Notes under the pieces: generated by a model
Databases searched by the model: none
Told to the model about the DNA's origin: nothing
What the model saw: only the letters and a program-made list of their open reading frames with translations
Assembly (NCBI GenBank): GCA_951804945.1
Contig: OX638150.1
Span: 61,256,001-61,320,000, forward strand
Direction of reading: 5' to 3'
From: Podarcis cretensis
Lineage: Eukaryota
Length of the DNA: 64,000 nt
In this document: piece after piece, positions 48,497 to 62,473 of the stretch
Position numbering within the stretch: position 1 is the stretch's first letter
Layout: each line of letters starts with the position of its first letter
Translations under genes and position numbers: made by a program

Positions 48497-49793
48497 TTTA
48501 TTGCATTTACTGGCTTTATATCTGACCTTTCCTCCAAGAATCTCCAGATGGCATACATAGTTCATTTGCTAAAAGACACGTCAATCAGTTATCAATATTA
48601 AACAAAAAAAAGTTACCATATTAAAAATAGTACCGAAGCATAACTTGTAACCATTTCAAAAGAACAGCAAGGGGAGAAGAAAATACACACCACCCATGAT
48701 TCAGAGACTCTGCTGCGATGGCCAGTTAGCAGCCAAAGGCCTGTCTAAACAACAACAAAAGTATTTGCCAGCCAGTGATAGGAAAGCATAGAGGGGTGTC
48801 AGCAGTTACATAATCAGAAATGCGAAGAAGCTGACATCTACAATAAACTTTAAAAGTTGGTCCTTGGTTTATTATGCATTGAATCGGCTATTGTATACCT
48901 GAGGTATACAACAGCTGAACACAACAAGCATTTGCTGTGGACCTGTGTTGTGTCCCTGGCCCAGAGGTGGCAGCAGTATCAGGAAGTGCATGCCCCTTTG
49001 AAAGAGTAGCTCCACCTGCAGGACGAGGAGATCACACAACTCTGCACTGAAGAACTGCTGCAACATCTGGATTTTGAAACCAGTACATCAGATTATCTGG
49101 CTAAGCAACCTGAACTGTCTGGTGAATCAAATCTTTCTTGAGACATCCATGGATTGGTAAAGAAGATACAAAACTCTGTAGATCTGCAAAGCTACAGTGA
49201 AAATATGATTCTTTTCAGTGCTCTTTAGTCCCTAATTATGAGGTTTGTGGTAGGACCCAAGATACAAGGGTTCTGTAGCTCATAGAAGCAACTTGCCTGT
49301 CTCCTGGAACCGACCATGGTTTCTGCATTTAACAGTCCAGGTTCACGTGTTCACCTCACCATCCTTTGAGTCTGTCAGTTTCTGAAGTAACACAAGCAGC
49401 TGTAATGAGATCTTTCCCTGTTCTCATTGGAAAATAGCAACGCTTCTGCTACCATCATTCACTTACACTCAATGCTGGCACAGCTTCTTGCTTTTTGCCA
49501 CCTGTCCCATAATTGCAGAAACTTTTGATTCATTCAAACTCTTGATTCATTCAGACTGAGGCTGTAAGATGTCACGGTGTATTGAAAAAAAGTGTGCAAA
49601 AAGGCCTGAAAACAATCCTGCATAACTGATGAATATTGAAAATGTGAACATTGTCTCTGCAGCAATTATTATTTAGTAGTTCAGGATAGGACTGTGTTTG
49701 AAAGAAAATTGGTTTGAAGTCCATATCGCGATATTGGTTTCATCTTTCTTGACTTGGAAATATATCACGAATCATGATGTGTGTTAGGGGTGG

Positions 49794-49795
<2 letters not shown>

Positions 49796-49833
<38 letters not shown>
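49796..49833. repeat. (AATC)n microsatellite
   Basis: Direct reading. Confidence 0.9.
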
Positions 49834-49835
<2 letters not shown>

Positions 49836-49933
49836 TACCCTGCCCATCTGGCTGGGTTTCCAAAACTGGTTTCAGTCCATATCATGATATTGATTTCATA
49901 ATTTTTGACCTGGCAATATATTGCGAATCATGA

Positions 49934-49967
<34 letters not shown>

Positions 49968-50962
49968 CGCTGTGCAAAAATCACAATGTGGGAAAAACCG
50001 CGAAGCCAGCCATTGCTTCTACACAGCTCCATTCTTATTTCAGATGTGATATATTACAAATATATCCAAATATTATCCAATTTTATCAATGAAATGATGT
50101 TAAAAGTTTATCTGCACAATATATTAAAGTTAGCCATGCTGATTAAGAAATTCTGTACAATTTCTTAACTCCTTTCTATATCCTCTGAACTCTCTGCCTG
50201 TCCTTCCACTGATTGGCATTGACTGAGATGCTTGATTTTACAAAAGAGCTTTACATGTGGGGTTGCCAGATTCTCTATGGCTTCCATTAGCTCACTCTTG
50301 ATGGAACAGAGGAGCTGGGATAGGCTAGATGCTAAGCGGTTCTTGGGTTAGATTAAAATGTAAACTCTAAGGTTGTTAAATAACTCATCTTATGTTAAAC
50401 CCTTCCATCTTTGTGTCTATAGCATGGAGATTCAATATTTTTTCTACTTTAACATTTTAAAATGGTGTTTCCTTTCTAAAATAGTCTATATTTTTGGTAC
50501 CTACCTCTTTATTGATCTACTGTACTCCTTCTTGCCCTTCGGCAATGACAGCAGTCTAGTTGCAGTGTCAACTGTAGTACTGTGTGGTGCCTAGCTATCC
50601 CACTGATTCCAGCTTTTGTTTTGTTTCTGCATCTGCTTTATATCTCTACTGTGGCTGAATACTGCATCTAGATACAGATCAGTGCACAGAAGAGCTGGGA
50701 ATAGCTATATTTTCAAGTAAACACTTTCCTGAAATAACGGAACATAAGATTGTTGTCTTCTTACAGTCCAAAAAGCACTAGAGGGCGCCTTTAAGCTTAG
50801 GAAAAATGTGCAAGGTAGAAAAAGAAGGAAGGCACACAAACACACAGAAGCTTTTGACTCAAAACAGGATAAATGAGTTGTTTTGTAAGGCCACAAAAAA
50901 AAAAAAAAAATACAACATGGACAACCCCATGCATAAGCCATAGTGCATCAAGAGAGTACTGA

Positions 50963-51004
<42 letters not shown>

Positions 51005-51914
51005 TAAAAATTGAGTTGGGAGAGGATATTTGTGGTCTACACAAGTAACTCTCAGTACCTACAGGTATGGATGATATTTTCCGATCTATGTAGGAAAGAA
51101 TCCCAAGTTTGTTAGTGCTAAGGACCAAGATTAGCCAAAATTCTTGCAACTTTCATTATGGGGAGAGGAATACTATGTATTATGGGGAAAGCTCAACTAG
51201 GTATGGCTAGAAAGAGTCTTGTCTACCAGCTCTGGGATTCCCTGCTGCAGAAGGTGGTTTCTTATTTCTCCTAGACACTTCTAAGTAGCACTGGTAAGAC
51301 TGTAATTTCTGTTCCCAGCGTAGATTGCTGAGCTTTCCACTAGGGATCTTTATCAGCTGCAGTGGGAAATTCTCTAACTAGCAAAACACCCATAATATAA
51401 ACTCAAGCTCTGCTTATGTCAGTGGGGTTTAAACCATGTACTTGAATTCTTTACTAAAGTGGAGCCAAGTTATGCCTAAATCTCAGTGAGGTGCTTGGGC
51501 CTGTAAATGTCTTCCAAATATAGAGCCTGTCACTTTTATTATGCTGACTCGTACTTCGTTACTCAAATAGTTCAACGGGGCCGCTCCAAGATGGTAAAAG
51601 GTTAAGCAAGGTGAGGGTATCAAATTTGGTTCCTTAAGGAGGCTGATCTATTCCTTTTGGCCCCTACAAGCAGTCCAAAGAAAACACTTTCAAAGCTACT
51701 GCTTTTGAGTTCTTCCCTTTGTCACCTGATCATTACCATACAACCAGGATACTGCTGCACATGGTATTTTAATACTGCACTTTAGCTCAGTATGAATTCT
51801 AATTCTCTGTCCTTTAGGGGTGGGCTATTCTAAATGTCCCTAGGGCTGTAGATAAGCTAATATCACCTGCTCCCCAAGAATCATGGAGCCAAATAAATTC
51901 TATAACTGAGAACC

Positions 51915-52130
51915 AGTGGTTAGAGTGTTAGTGTAGGACCTGCGAAGCCAGGGTTCAAATCCCCACTTGGACATGAAGCTCACTGGGTGCCATTGGGCCA
52001 GTCACTGCCTCTCAGCCTAACCTACCTCACAGAGTTGTTGTGGGGATTAAGTGAAGGAGAAGAGAACCATGTATCCCACCTTGAGCTCCTTGGAGAAAAA
52101 GGTGGGATATAAATGCAGCAAACAAACAAA
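51915..52130 (+). mobile_element. tRNA/CORE-type SINE
   Basis: agtggttagagtg...gggttcaaatcccc...ctcagcctaacctacctcacag; partial relative at about 36800-36950. Confidence 0.7.
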
Positions 52131-52600
52131 TTTCCAGTTCTCTGGGTTCATATCTGTCGATAAGCTGGTGCACCATGGAATAGGAAATTGACATATTTGA
52201 CACTACTTTATTATAAAATAGATTTTTTTTTAATTACTAGGGATAACAAGCCAATAATGACAGTAGTTAATGTACATTATACAGACAATTTAAAAATCAC
52301 AATGTGCTAGTCCTACACTGACTTTCGAACACTAAGCAAAGTCTTCAGTTCTGATTATCGGGGTGGGGGTGGGGGTGGGGAATCAATAACGGTTCATCTA
52401 GCTCTAAGTTCATGAGTAACGTTCTCCTTTTAAACATATTATGGGAATGATTCCATCCCAGCAGGTGCAGTACTCATACACAGAGGAATTATCATAGGAC
52501 TCAGTGCAGCCCTGTTTTCTCCGTATTTGGCACATACAAAGACAAGTAAGAAGGGCTGGACAGGAATAAGAGGCATGGAAAGAAACTCCAAATACTTGTA

Positions 52601-52805
52601 CAGTGGTACCTTGGGTTAAGAACTTAATTCGTTCTGGAGGTCCATTCTTAACCTGAAACTGTTCTTACCCTGAGGTACCATTTTAGCTAATGGGGCCTCA
52701 GGTTAATTTCTGTTCTCATCCTGAAGCAAAGTTCTTAACCCGAGGTACTATTTCTGGGTTAGGGGAGTCTGTAACCTGAAGCGTTTGTAACCCAAGGTAC
52801 CACTG
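52601..52805. mobile_element. Tc1/mariner MITE
   Basis: TA|CAGTGGTACC...GGTACCACTG|TA. Confidence 0.88.
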
Positions 52806-52981
52806 TAATTACTTGGTGTGCTGATTGCACACACCCACACCCACAAAAACATTATGTGCATGAATTGGGGAAATTTGGTTCTTTTGAGCCCTATGGAAAC
52901 CCCTCTGCTTGTGGATGCTGGGCTGTACTTGAATTTGCCTAGTGATTTTGCCCACCATTAAAAATAACTGGACATTAAATA

Positions 52982-53582
52982 CTGTATTTTTCGCTCTATA
53001 GGGCGCACCTGACCATAGGGTGCACCTAGTTTTCAGAGGGGGAAATCAAGGGAAAAAATATGATTCCCCCCCCCCAGCTCTGGGAGCAGCTCCCGCAAAA
53101 GCCCACAGTTTGCGGAGAAGTGGACAAAAGCCTGCAGGAGCTGTGCACCCTTTAAAGAGCGCGCGGCTCCTGCGGGCTTTTTGACTGAGCTTGTGGGACT
53201 GGTGGTGGGGGGAAGCGCTGCTTTCCCCCACCGCCAGCCGCAAAACCAGGTTGGGGAGCAGTGCAAAGGCGGCACACGCCTTCCCGCTGCCCCCCGAGCT
53301 TGTTGGGCTGGCGGTGGGGGGAAGCGTTGCAGCCTTCCCCCCACCTTCGTACAGTCTTTCTAGCCTCTGCAGGGCAGTGGGGTGAAGGCACCCTGCTGCC
53401 CTGCAGAGGCTTTGCGCAGCTAACCCCAAGCTAGAACAGCAAGACAGAGCGCTGCGCAGCGCTCCGTCTCCCTGTTCTTGCTTTGGGCTTAGCCGCGCAG
53501 CCTGCATTCCTATAGGACGCACACACATTTCCCCTTAATTTTTGGAGGGGGAAAAGTGCTTCCTACAGAGCGAAAAATGTGG
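52982..53582. mobile_element. GC-rich Tc1/mariner (Tigger-like) non-autonomous element
   Basis: TA|CTGTATTTTTCGCTCTATAG ... CTACAGAGCGAAAAATGTGG|TA, imperfect TIRs. Confidence 0.75.
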
Positions 53583-54983
53583 TAACTGATGCAGAAGGGC
53601 TGAATCGAAGGAATGAGTCTACACAATTGCATGGATAGACTAGGCAGTCTTTTAACAACACAAAACCTCTCGTTATGTCTTCCTCCTTGTGCAGCTGTTT
53701 AATTATGAATACAGAGAACAATTTGTTGTGGGGGGCGGGTTATTACATTTTCTAGGGGAAAGCACATAACATTTTACCACTTGCTATGTGTACCTAAGCT
53801 AAAACAAAACTGCTTACATTCAAACTAGCTATGAGTATGCTTCCTTGCCAGGATGTAATCTCTATTTCACTATAAAAATAGAGTGGCTGTTTCTATATAA
53901 AAAAAGTTTATGTTTGGTGCACCATTCTAAAATGCTTAGCTCTTTTACTAACTAACAGAAATAATATGCTGATAAAGTTTCATTTTACCTATAGGAATAC
54001 GACAGATTTCGAATGTAGTCTGGCAAATTACTCCCTTTGCTGGGAGTACAAAACTGGCTCTTAACTAGGTTTCATATATATTCTGAGGCCCAGAGACCAC
54101 TGGAAGAAAGAACTCCATCCGGCCAGGAGGTCAATGGGAGGGTACAGAAATCCCTATCTGGGACATAGTACCAATTTGATGCACTGCCTCGGCTCCAGAC
54201 CATATTCAGCAAAAGCACCTCATTAAGATACTTGGAGATACCCCATGAAAGCTTTTCCACCTGCCTCCTGCATTAAGAGAAAGCAAATCCAAGAAGATCA
54301 AGATCATGACTAAGGTTTCTGTCATAATCAGGGATCAGTACCTGAATACATACGCTCTCACACAAACACAGACACATTCATTGAACACTTGTTTCAAAAG
54401 TTAGATACGATAAGAAAATAGGCTGATAAATATTTTTAGGCAAGTTTGCATCATAATAATTCAATGTTAAGAAGAAATATTAGATAATTTTTGCTCCTTG
54501 AGCCTTTGCTCTTTCTTGAGGTACTTATACTTCTCCTGAGATGGTACATCCAGTTAGCAAATGTGCACCTTCATCTTGCCCACCATGACTAAGTAAGGTG
54601 TGTGTGTGTGTGTGGGTGTGCAGAACACACACCCTCACAGCAGACCTTTCTTAACCCGTCCCTTCTTAAAACTGGGTTACACGTGTCATTAGAACACTGG
54701 ATAACACTGGAGAAGATAAGATTACTGCCTAGCATTTCTAGTAAACATAGAAACTACATTACCTCCACTTATCTTTTAAAAAACTACATTCAAAGTACAG
54801 TGGTTATGGCCTGGACATGACAAGCCCAGCATCAAATTCAGCTCCATGCAATGTATTTCGCATCCCTGGGTCCAATGTAGAGTGCCTTTCTTTTGTGGTC
54901 AAAACACCTCATTTTTCAACTTCATCTTTTTTTATCCCCCCCCAAAGAGCAGGATCTACTATTGCATCCTGTTGCTCCTGAGT

Positions 54984-55304
54984 CTCACTCGCTGGATCAT
55001 CACCTTGTCGTGGTGAGTGGGCTTGCACGTTCCTATGACCCTTGTGAGCAAAGCCATCGGGAATCTTGTACTCCCAGCAGGGTCACTCCAACTCAGAACT
55101 CAAGGGAGAAACGTGCTAAGAGGAAGGCACGCCTGGCAAATCCACACCATGATCAACTCCCGCCCGGGAACCAATGTCCCGACTATGGAAGGATGTGTGG
55201 GTCCAGAATTGGACTCCACAGTCACTTATGGACTTATTATTAAAACCGTGTTTATGGAAGACAATCTTACTCGGCTACGAGTGATCGCCAGAGAAGAAGA
55301 AGAA
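54984..55304 (+). mobile_element. Internally deleted (bipartite) RTE retroelement
   Basis: 10-bp TSD GCTCCTGAGT; RTE-like C-terminal zinc-finger remnant CPDYGRMCGSRIGLHSHL; (GAA)n tail. Confidence 0.75.
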
Positions 55305-57103
55305 GCTCCTGAGTAACATGTGCATTAAACTGGTTGTTGCAGAACTCCACTAAAGTGGTGCCCCAGGTACTTTTCTGATGACAAGGTCAATTCTACTCAC
55401 TCCAAGCTACATACTGCAGGTGTTGGAGAGAAACATTTCGCCTAATCTTATTTTATCCTATTTCTAGAAAAATCAATCTCCACATAAACTTTGAATCCTT
55501 CATTTTTTTACCCCCCCCCCCACATGGAACCCTCTTTCAGCAAGTTTATTCTGTCTTCCATCACACTGGAAATCAGGTTCTGCTTGTTAACACACCACAT
55601 TGACAACTCCCCACTGCCTGCTGGACGCATGAGATCTAACGGTGGTCTGCATTCTGCAATTGCTTTTTTAAAGCTTTTGTTGAGAAACTTTTAATTTAAA
55701 TATAATGGGTACTGAAATCTGTTCTCACATTGCAATGATATTGTGAGTACCAATATTTCCCAACTGTGCATGACCTAATTGCAGTTCTTGAAGGATTGAC
55801 TTGACAGACTTCAGACACAGAGACACTGTTTGGAGGTCACCAATGTGTGCAGGGATGCCAGAAAGCAGTAAATTGAACTCAAGTGGTTTTCATTCTGCGG
55901 GGCACGGAGAGGAGCAGGCAAGGTCACTAACCTTCCAACCCTATTCCCTGTAATTAAAATCCAATCAGACCTTTAGATTGATTCAAAGTGCTTCTTGGTG
56001 AGTCCCGGGGGGATTCAGGGATGCAAGACACAAGGAAAACACTTTTTGCTTCTCAGCAGTTGCAAGAACATTGGAAAACGAAAATACATTTGGCAATAGG
56101 CAATGGAGAAAGGGAGGAGAGAAAGGGAAGAGAACGGTTTGACTCTGTTTGACAAAAGCCGTTCTCATAAATATAGTTCTAGGATGAAGCACAGTAAGTT
56201 GCTGCTTTCTCTTCCAAGCCTTTTGCAGAGTCTTCTCATTTCCAGTTCTAAACCAAATTGCAAGATGAAAGCAAACCATATCCCAAAATGTACTTGTGGT
56301 ATGTGTATGGTGGGCATACACCACCCATTTGTGGTGGGGTTTCCTTTTAATTAGTGCTTTACTGTTGTATTTGTGTGTTAGTTTTCAGTTTCTCTGGGTG
56401 GTTTTTGTTGTTATTTTGGATTTGGTTTGTTTTTGTCTTGCAATTTGTTTTTAAAATGGGGAACGAGTACTGAAACTGTACTGTCTTATACTGCTATCTT
56501 CTAAAAAGAAAGAAAGAAAAATCCTGCATTTAAAAACTCAGAATTTTCTGGTAATGCTGTTTTGTGTAAAGTAAAAAGGTTGCTTTTGAATTATGTGGTT
56601 GTGAGCATAGTTTATTTTCAGGTGGACAGTTGGTGTCTCAAGAGCTAGTTGAAGATGCTTGCTTTGAAACTAAAAGAAATTCCATAAATGAGCAAAGATG
56701 GTTGGTGTTTACTACCTAGCACACACACAAGATACTTGAGTGTGGACTAGAAAGAGACATTTGCTGCCCAAGACAAAGGAGAGATGATGCCTGCCCATTG
56801 CACAACAACCAGTAAGACAGGCAGGTGACTCTTACTTCAATGCTGGCGATGAGGCAAAGTTATCCACTGCACCTAGGCAACAGGCTAACTTTGCAATCAA
56901 ATATATATCTTAAAAATAACTTAAATTGCCAGTTCTCCCTTCTTAGAAGGAAACAGGTACTTCAGCAGCTGCATCTGGATCTTCCCATAGCTTTAGGAAG
57001 CAGGGAGCCGCATGCACTTAATATTATTTCTCCTTTCCGCCATAACCATTTATGATACATTTTTACACAACACATGAACCCAACAAAGAAAATAAGTGTT
57101 TGA

Positions 57104-57323
57104 TATCCCACTTTATCACTACCCTAAGGCGTCTCAAAGCCGCTAACAACCTCCTTTCCCTTCCTCCTCCACAAATGACACTCTGTGAGGTGAGTGGGGC
57201 TGAGAGACTTCAAAGAAGTGTGACTAGCCCAAGGTCACCCAGCAGCTGCATGTGGAAGAGCGGGAAGCGAACCCGGCTCACCAGATTACGAGTCCACCGC
57301 TCTTGACCACTATACCACACTGG
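57104..57323 (-). mobile_element. tRNA-derived squamate SINE
   Basis: Reverse-complement relative of 3589-3830. Confidence 0.75.
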
Positions 57324-57759
57324 CTCGTACATGCATACTATTCATAAAAACTGGTCAGTAGGCCTGCTGTCACGCTTAATCAATGAGGTGCTTCTCTGTA
57401 CAACCTTTAGAATAATTATATATTTCAGGGTAGGTAAGAATTCTCTGTTAAATATGTGAATAATGACTACACACTGGCAAAAAATAACATTAAATAGGAA
57501 GAATATAATAAAGTTTAATGAAACAGAAATCACTAGGCTAGTTCACTATAAAACATCCATACAGATTTTAATTGGGAAAACAACTTGTTTCCTTCCCTTT
57601 TTGCTTTGTGATGTTTTTTCCCCCAGAAGCAGCAATGGGAAGGTCCTCCTTCAGTTGGCAGAATCCAGGAGCAATGAGACCTGTGTTCATTTTCTTCTTG
57701 ATTGCTACTTGTTAGGGGGAAATACCGTGGGCCTGCCTGTATTTTGGTAATGGCGAGGA

Positions 57760-58220
57760 TTAGGTCTGACAGGAGGAAACTTGTAATGTTGAAAAAGCAT
57801 ATAACGTAGCTTGGAAGGGCATGCATTCCACAGCCTCAGGGCTGTCATGGAGAAAGCCCTCACATGAGCTACCACTGCCTGAACTCTACCAGGGCCTCTT
57901 CGTGGCGAGACATGTTAATATGGGTGGAGTCTCTCCACCCAGATATTTGCGGCCCAAGTCATTTAAGGCTTCGTATGTTAAATATGGTCCTTGATTGAGG
58001 CTTGGAAGTAAACTGATGAGTAGGTCAGATCTTTTAAGGCTGGCATAATATGTGTCTGGCTGGTGACGCCCATTAGGACCCTAGCTGCTGCATTCTGATC
58101 TAGCTGCAGCCTCTGTAGTATCTATAAGGGGAGCTCCACAAAGAACGCATTACAAGTGTCCAAACAGGAGGTTACAAGAGCATGTGTTACTGTAGCTGGA
58201 CTTTCTCTATCCTGGAAAAA
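57760..58220 (-). mobile_element. Degenerate L2-type LINE fragment
   Basis: gctgctgcattctg...gctgcag (LQL-QNAAA on the minus strand) and ttccacag...gagaaagccc motifs. Confidence 0.55.
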
Positions 58221-58994
58221 CCTGGCTGGAGAACCAGCCATACCTGCAGATAGGCTCTCCTATCCACTAAAGCCACCTGGGCCTCAAGTGACAAGACTAG
58301 ATCCAGGAGGATATTTCCTCCCATGGCAAACTCCTGATCTGGATTAGCCCCCCTCAACTGTACCTCCTATTTACAGATTTTTTTTTTTTAAAAAATATTG
58401 CACAATTGCTAATTGCATGAATGGTGTCACATTTAGCTCTCAATTATAGTTCTCATTTGATTCCCTAAAATAATCACACAGTTGGAGTCTTCGATAGGGG
58501 AGATACATAAGCTGAAGTCGGGGCAGGGCCTCTCTGTTGCTGCAACTGCCTTATTGGGTGCACACCTAGGAGTAGCTGAGAGATGCTGGACTGATAGACA
58601 CACTCTTCCCTAACTTGCAAGTATAATTTTGACAATAAAGAGTTAATTCCCCACTCTGAACATTCCGTACCCGATGGCGCTGTGACTGTCACATTTTATT
58701 CGATCTATCCACTTTCTTCTTCGAAGGACCATGCGATTGCATTCTTGTTTTGGCCACAATACCTGATAATGCTTACTGTACTTTTAATAGCTATTTGAAG
58801 GCTGAAGCTAAATTAGTATCAGCTACGCTAGTGCTGGCAAGGATTATGATACTACCAGGATTAACTGGGCTGAAGAGAACTGAAGTGATTGGCAAGGCAG
58901 CCAATGGGTAGCATTATTAGAATGTAAGTGTGTAAAACATCAGTTCCACCCACAGGAATTTATCAAATGTTGTCATACCAGCAGAAGTGGGATA

Positions 58995-59238
58995 CAGTGG
59001 TACCTTGGGTTAAGTACTTAATTCATTCCGGAGGTCTCCGCTTTTAACCTGAAATTCTTCTTAACCTGAAGCACCACTTTAGCTAATGGGGCCTCCTGCT
59101 GCTGCCGCGCAGCCTGAGCACGATTTCTGTTCTCATCCTGAAGCAAAGTTCTTAACCCGAGGTAATATTTCTGGGTTAGTGGAGTCTGTAACCTGAAGCG
59201 TATGTAACCTGAAGCGTATGTAACCCGAGGTACCACTG
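58995..59238. mobile_element. Tc1/mariner MITE
   Basis: TA|CAGTGGTACC...GGTACCACTG|TA. Confidence 0.88.
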
Positions 59239-61400
59239 TACTTCTCTCTCTTTCATATTTCTTAGGCTGTCACACCCAAGTGCAGTGATCAAACTACAGA
59301 GAGGAAGGAGAAAGGTTTTAACCTCTTGCACTCAACTGTGGTCCCAAGCCAGATCAGGTCACTGCACCTGTAATTGGGACTTCCCAAAAAGGATCTGTTG
59401 TTTTATGTCAGGGTTTGCCAACCTATTACCTGTGAAGGCGTTGCCTTACCCCCAGGCAAGGCCCCCAGACTGAGCTTTTTATTGTGTTTTGTTTTGTTTT
59501 ATTTTATTGTAAGTATCTAGTCCTCCTAGAAAGAAAGTTATAAAGCAAAATGTGCAGGTACCCTTCTAAGCATTTTCTCTGAAATAGTCAGCTTGGCTGT
59601 TCCTGCCCGTCACAGTGTTTTTACCCGCTGTATGAAGTCAGAACTATGACTGAAAAGTTGAGTTGTTTGGACACCAGGAAATGGCTGGACAGCCTGGGGA
59701 CCTAAAGAGTTATGGTCCCCTTGCTTACTGCACTTTTCCTGCTTCTTTCTTTTCTAGTCCTTGGAATCTCCCTTTGTTTTTCCTCAGCAACCAGGATGCA
59801 TCTTTCCTGTGTCCCTGGAAGTTATTTTCTGCAAATACTACTCTCCTCTCAAAATGTGAAAACTTAGGAATGTTTCCTGGTGTGCAGGAAGTACAGGCCA
59901 GGCAGTCGTTATGGATTCACTGTATAGTAAACTTAGAGCAGAATGAAATCCATGTCTACTCAAAAGTATGCGGTCATTTATGACTGGTGCCCACAGTACT
60001 CTCTCAAAATTTGAAATGTGCCCACTGGTCCAAAAAGGTTGGTGGAGTTGTTATGTCCCTCTACCTCAATGGAGATCTTGTAGTCACACTGAAAACAAAG
60101 CTAATAGTGGAGCCTTAAAATGGAGTTTCTCAACTGTGCTCATGGAGTACTACATACCAGTTTGAGTCCAGGGGAAGTAATTTGATGCTTGCCAAGGACA
60201 ATAATGGATCATTTGCTCTGGAACAAAGGGTGAGCCCAGGAATGAATTTTAATGTGCCAGTATCCAAGCATCCCCCCACTGAGGACAGATTATAAATGTA
60301 TTACAGACCCATTGGTATGTAACTATAGGGGATTAGTACATTCCAACATTTCCTGTTTGCAGGGGATTGCGACTAAAAATAGAGCTAAGACTGCAAGAAA
60401 TAAGCTTTTTTAAAAACACACACACACACGATTAGAGTAGTCAGTAAGAGTATTTCTACGGTCCATGCTAATTCATGAATGAGCATTCAAATTCCTAGCG
60501 ACTATATTTAAGCAGACCACTTAGAACAAACCCTGTTTGCCTAATCTTTAATAAATTACATTCTTAGCGCCTGAAAGCCAAGAAGGTTTTTACACAAGTT
60601 GGTACCTATTTTTTGCTTTTGCCCTTCGCAGAACTCCACCCAGTAGGTAAATCTTTGCTACTTCTATAGCTGGTCCAGCTTTTCTCTTATCTAGAATGCT
60701 CATTTACACTCTATATTTGTCTTTAATACAGACATCACCAGAAGTGTTTCTCCTCTTAGGACCACACCCACCCACCCACAACTCACATTATCAGTAATTA
60801 ATTGCTACACTTAATTGCTTCTCATGCTATGACAATGTAATGAATGGGAAAAAGAGCTAGGAGCATGCCACTTGTTCTTTAAAAACCCTCAAACAAAAGT
60901 AGTGTATTTGTACAGTGTTTACAGAGGAAGAATACACCACCGTCTGATTTTAACCTTAAAAAATGGCATGCAGGTATGTAAAAAGGAAGTAACCTTGCTA
61001 ATGTTTGCTTCAACAGACTTTTTTTATTGCTACATGATGTTGTCATACTGGAGTACTAAAATGACAAACGTGTCTGCCTCTAATAGTGCAATCGTATAAT
61101 CAACTCAGAAATCAGGCAGAGATAACCTGGAGCTATTTCCAGGTAAAATGCACTTGGAACTGCACCCTAAAGCTGAAAAAGTTATTAAATAAAACTAAAC
61201 AAACAGTCATAAAAATTGCACAGGTACTGGGAAGGACTTAAGACACCTTTATCATTTCTATCACAGCATTATCAAATAGGTATTCGTGATAGCCATGCAA
61301 CCACATTTCACACAGTAAAAACAGCAACGATGGATGTGTTATCTGGAAAACAAATTGCATTTCCCCAGATACAACTATGGTACATTACATGCTGGAAATT

Positions 61401-61401
<1 letters not shown>

Positions 61402-61437
<36 letters not shown>

Positions 61438-61448
61438 TGATGATGATG
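61402..61448. repeat. (TAA)n(TGA)n microsatellite
   Basis: Direct reading. Confidence 0.9.
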
Positions 61449-62173
61449 TTCCAGCAATAGAAGCATGATTTGAGAGAATATATCTGGAGTAGACAATACG
61501 TAACAAATGCCTATCAACTGATCTTGCGGCAAGGCAGATCCCAGATACTAGCCCTAACACATATTCATGTAAATGACTTCAAAAACACCCCAGCTGTTCT
61601 TTTCTTTAACAGCTAGATAAATAACTGTGCATTTGCTGTACTGTAATAATCTGTAGATCACAACTAAATATAAGCCTTTCTCTGTTTACAATTAAGCAAA
61701 CGCTGAGATATCTCAACAGAAATCTGTTTCAGCACTGGCCTTCCTAAAAACAAACAAACCAAGCCAAACAGGCTTGTAATTCCTGTGTGAATGAAGACTT
61801 TGAGAATGCTTATTCTGTTTTTCTAAGATGCATATTCTGTTGCATGCACATGCCTTCCCCCTTACACTGGACAGAAGGTGGAAGCCTGTGCACGTGGGTG
61901 TTTCATGTAGCTTTGGATGAGATCCAGGACTGCCAACCTGCATTCTAGTTGCTCATCCACTAATGCCAATTAAATAAATTGCTACCAATGCATTTGGAAA
62001 CAGCTCTTCAAAGATTTAATATTAAAACCTTAAAACTATGATAATGATTGAAGGGGGAAGGGGGAGGGGAGGGAGAGAGAGAGTGTGCTGACAGGGATAG
62101 TAAGAAGACTGAGGTTCAGAATGATGTGCAGTTTGGAGAAAAGATTACAAAATAAAGGGAAAGGCAAAGTTAC

Positions 62174-62200
62174 CGGGTAACCAACTCGTCCTGACTGCCC
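62174..62200 (-). CDS. COL23A1: COL23A1 exon, 27 nt, GQSGRVGYP
   Basis: atcacag|GGG...CCG|gtaact; human GQSGRDGYP; followed by a 36.9-kb intron. Confidence 0.92.
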
Positions 62201-62473
62201 CTGTGATATTAAATAAGGAAAACAATAAGATCAGTCAATTGCACTTAACAACAGCAAGGCATCATAGAATATAAAAAGTCAGGGGTTGATCTGAAAGGGA
62301 ACAGAAGCTCTGCAGGGGACAACTCCTGTCCCCTGAGCAGCAGGAGAGCAGAACAGAGGTCATATCTGGGTACAGTATATCCTTTTTTAATTTTTATCTG
62401 TGCAACAACCATATGAGGTAGACTGGGTTGTCAGATTGTGATCTGCCTAAGACCATTCTCCATTATGGGTAGT

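Larger units (their letters stand above)
542..62200 (-). other. COL23A1: Collagen XXIII alpha-1 gene, partial (COL1 and NC2 exons; both gene ends outside the window)
   Basis: Colinear phase-0 Gly-X-Y exons with AG/GT boundaries. The spliced product follows the recalled human COL23A1 order GQSGRxGYP, GPLGLDGKP, GxPGxKGEK, GxxGDxGPR, GDQG..., GEQGDTVVIDYDGRILxALK. The COL13A1 and COL25A1 paralogs have DYNGN in place of DYDGR. Confidence 0.95.

Noticed and set aside
53033-53528. Cluster of ORFs in a GC-rich, CpG-island-like segment
   Set aside because: Lies entirely within the TIR-bounded element at 52982-53582.
542-62200. Assignment to COL25A1 or COL13A1
   Set aside because: The NC motif VVIDYDGRILEALK and the exon series match COL23A1; only the 69-nt exon is COL25A1-like.
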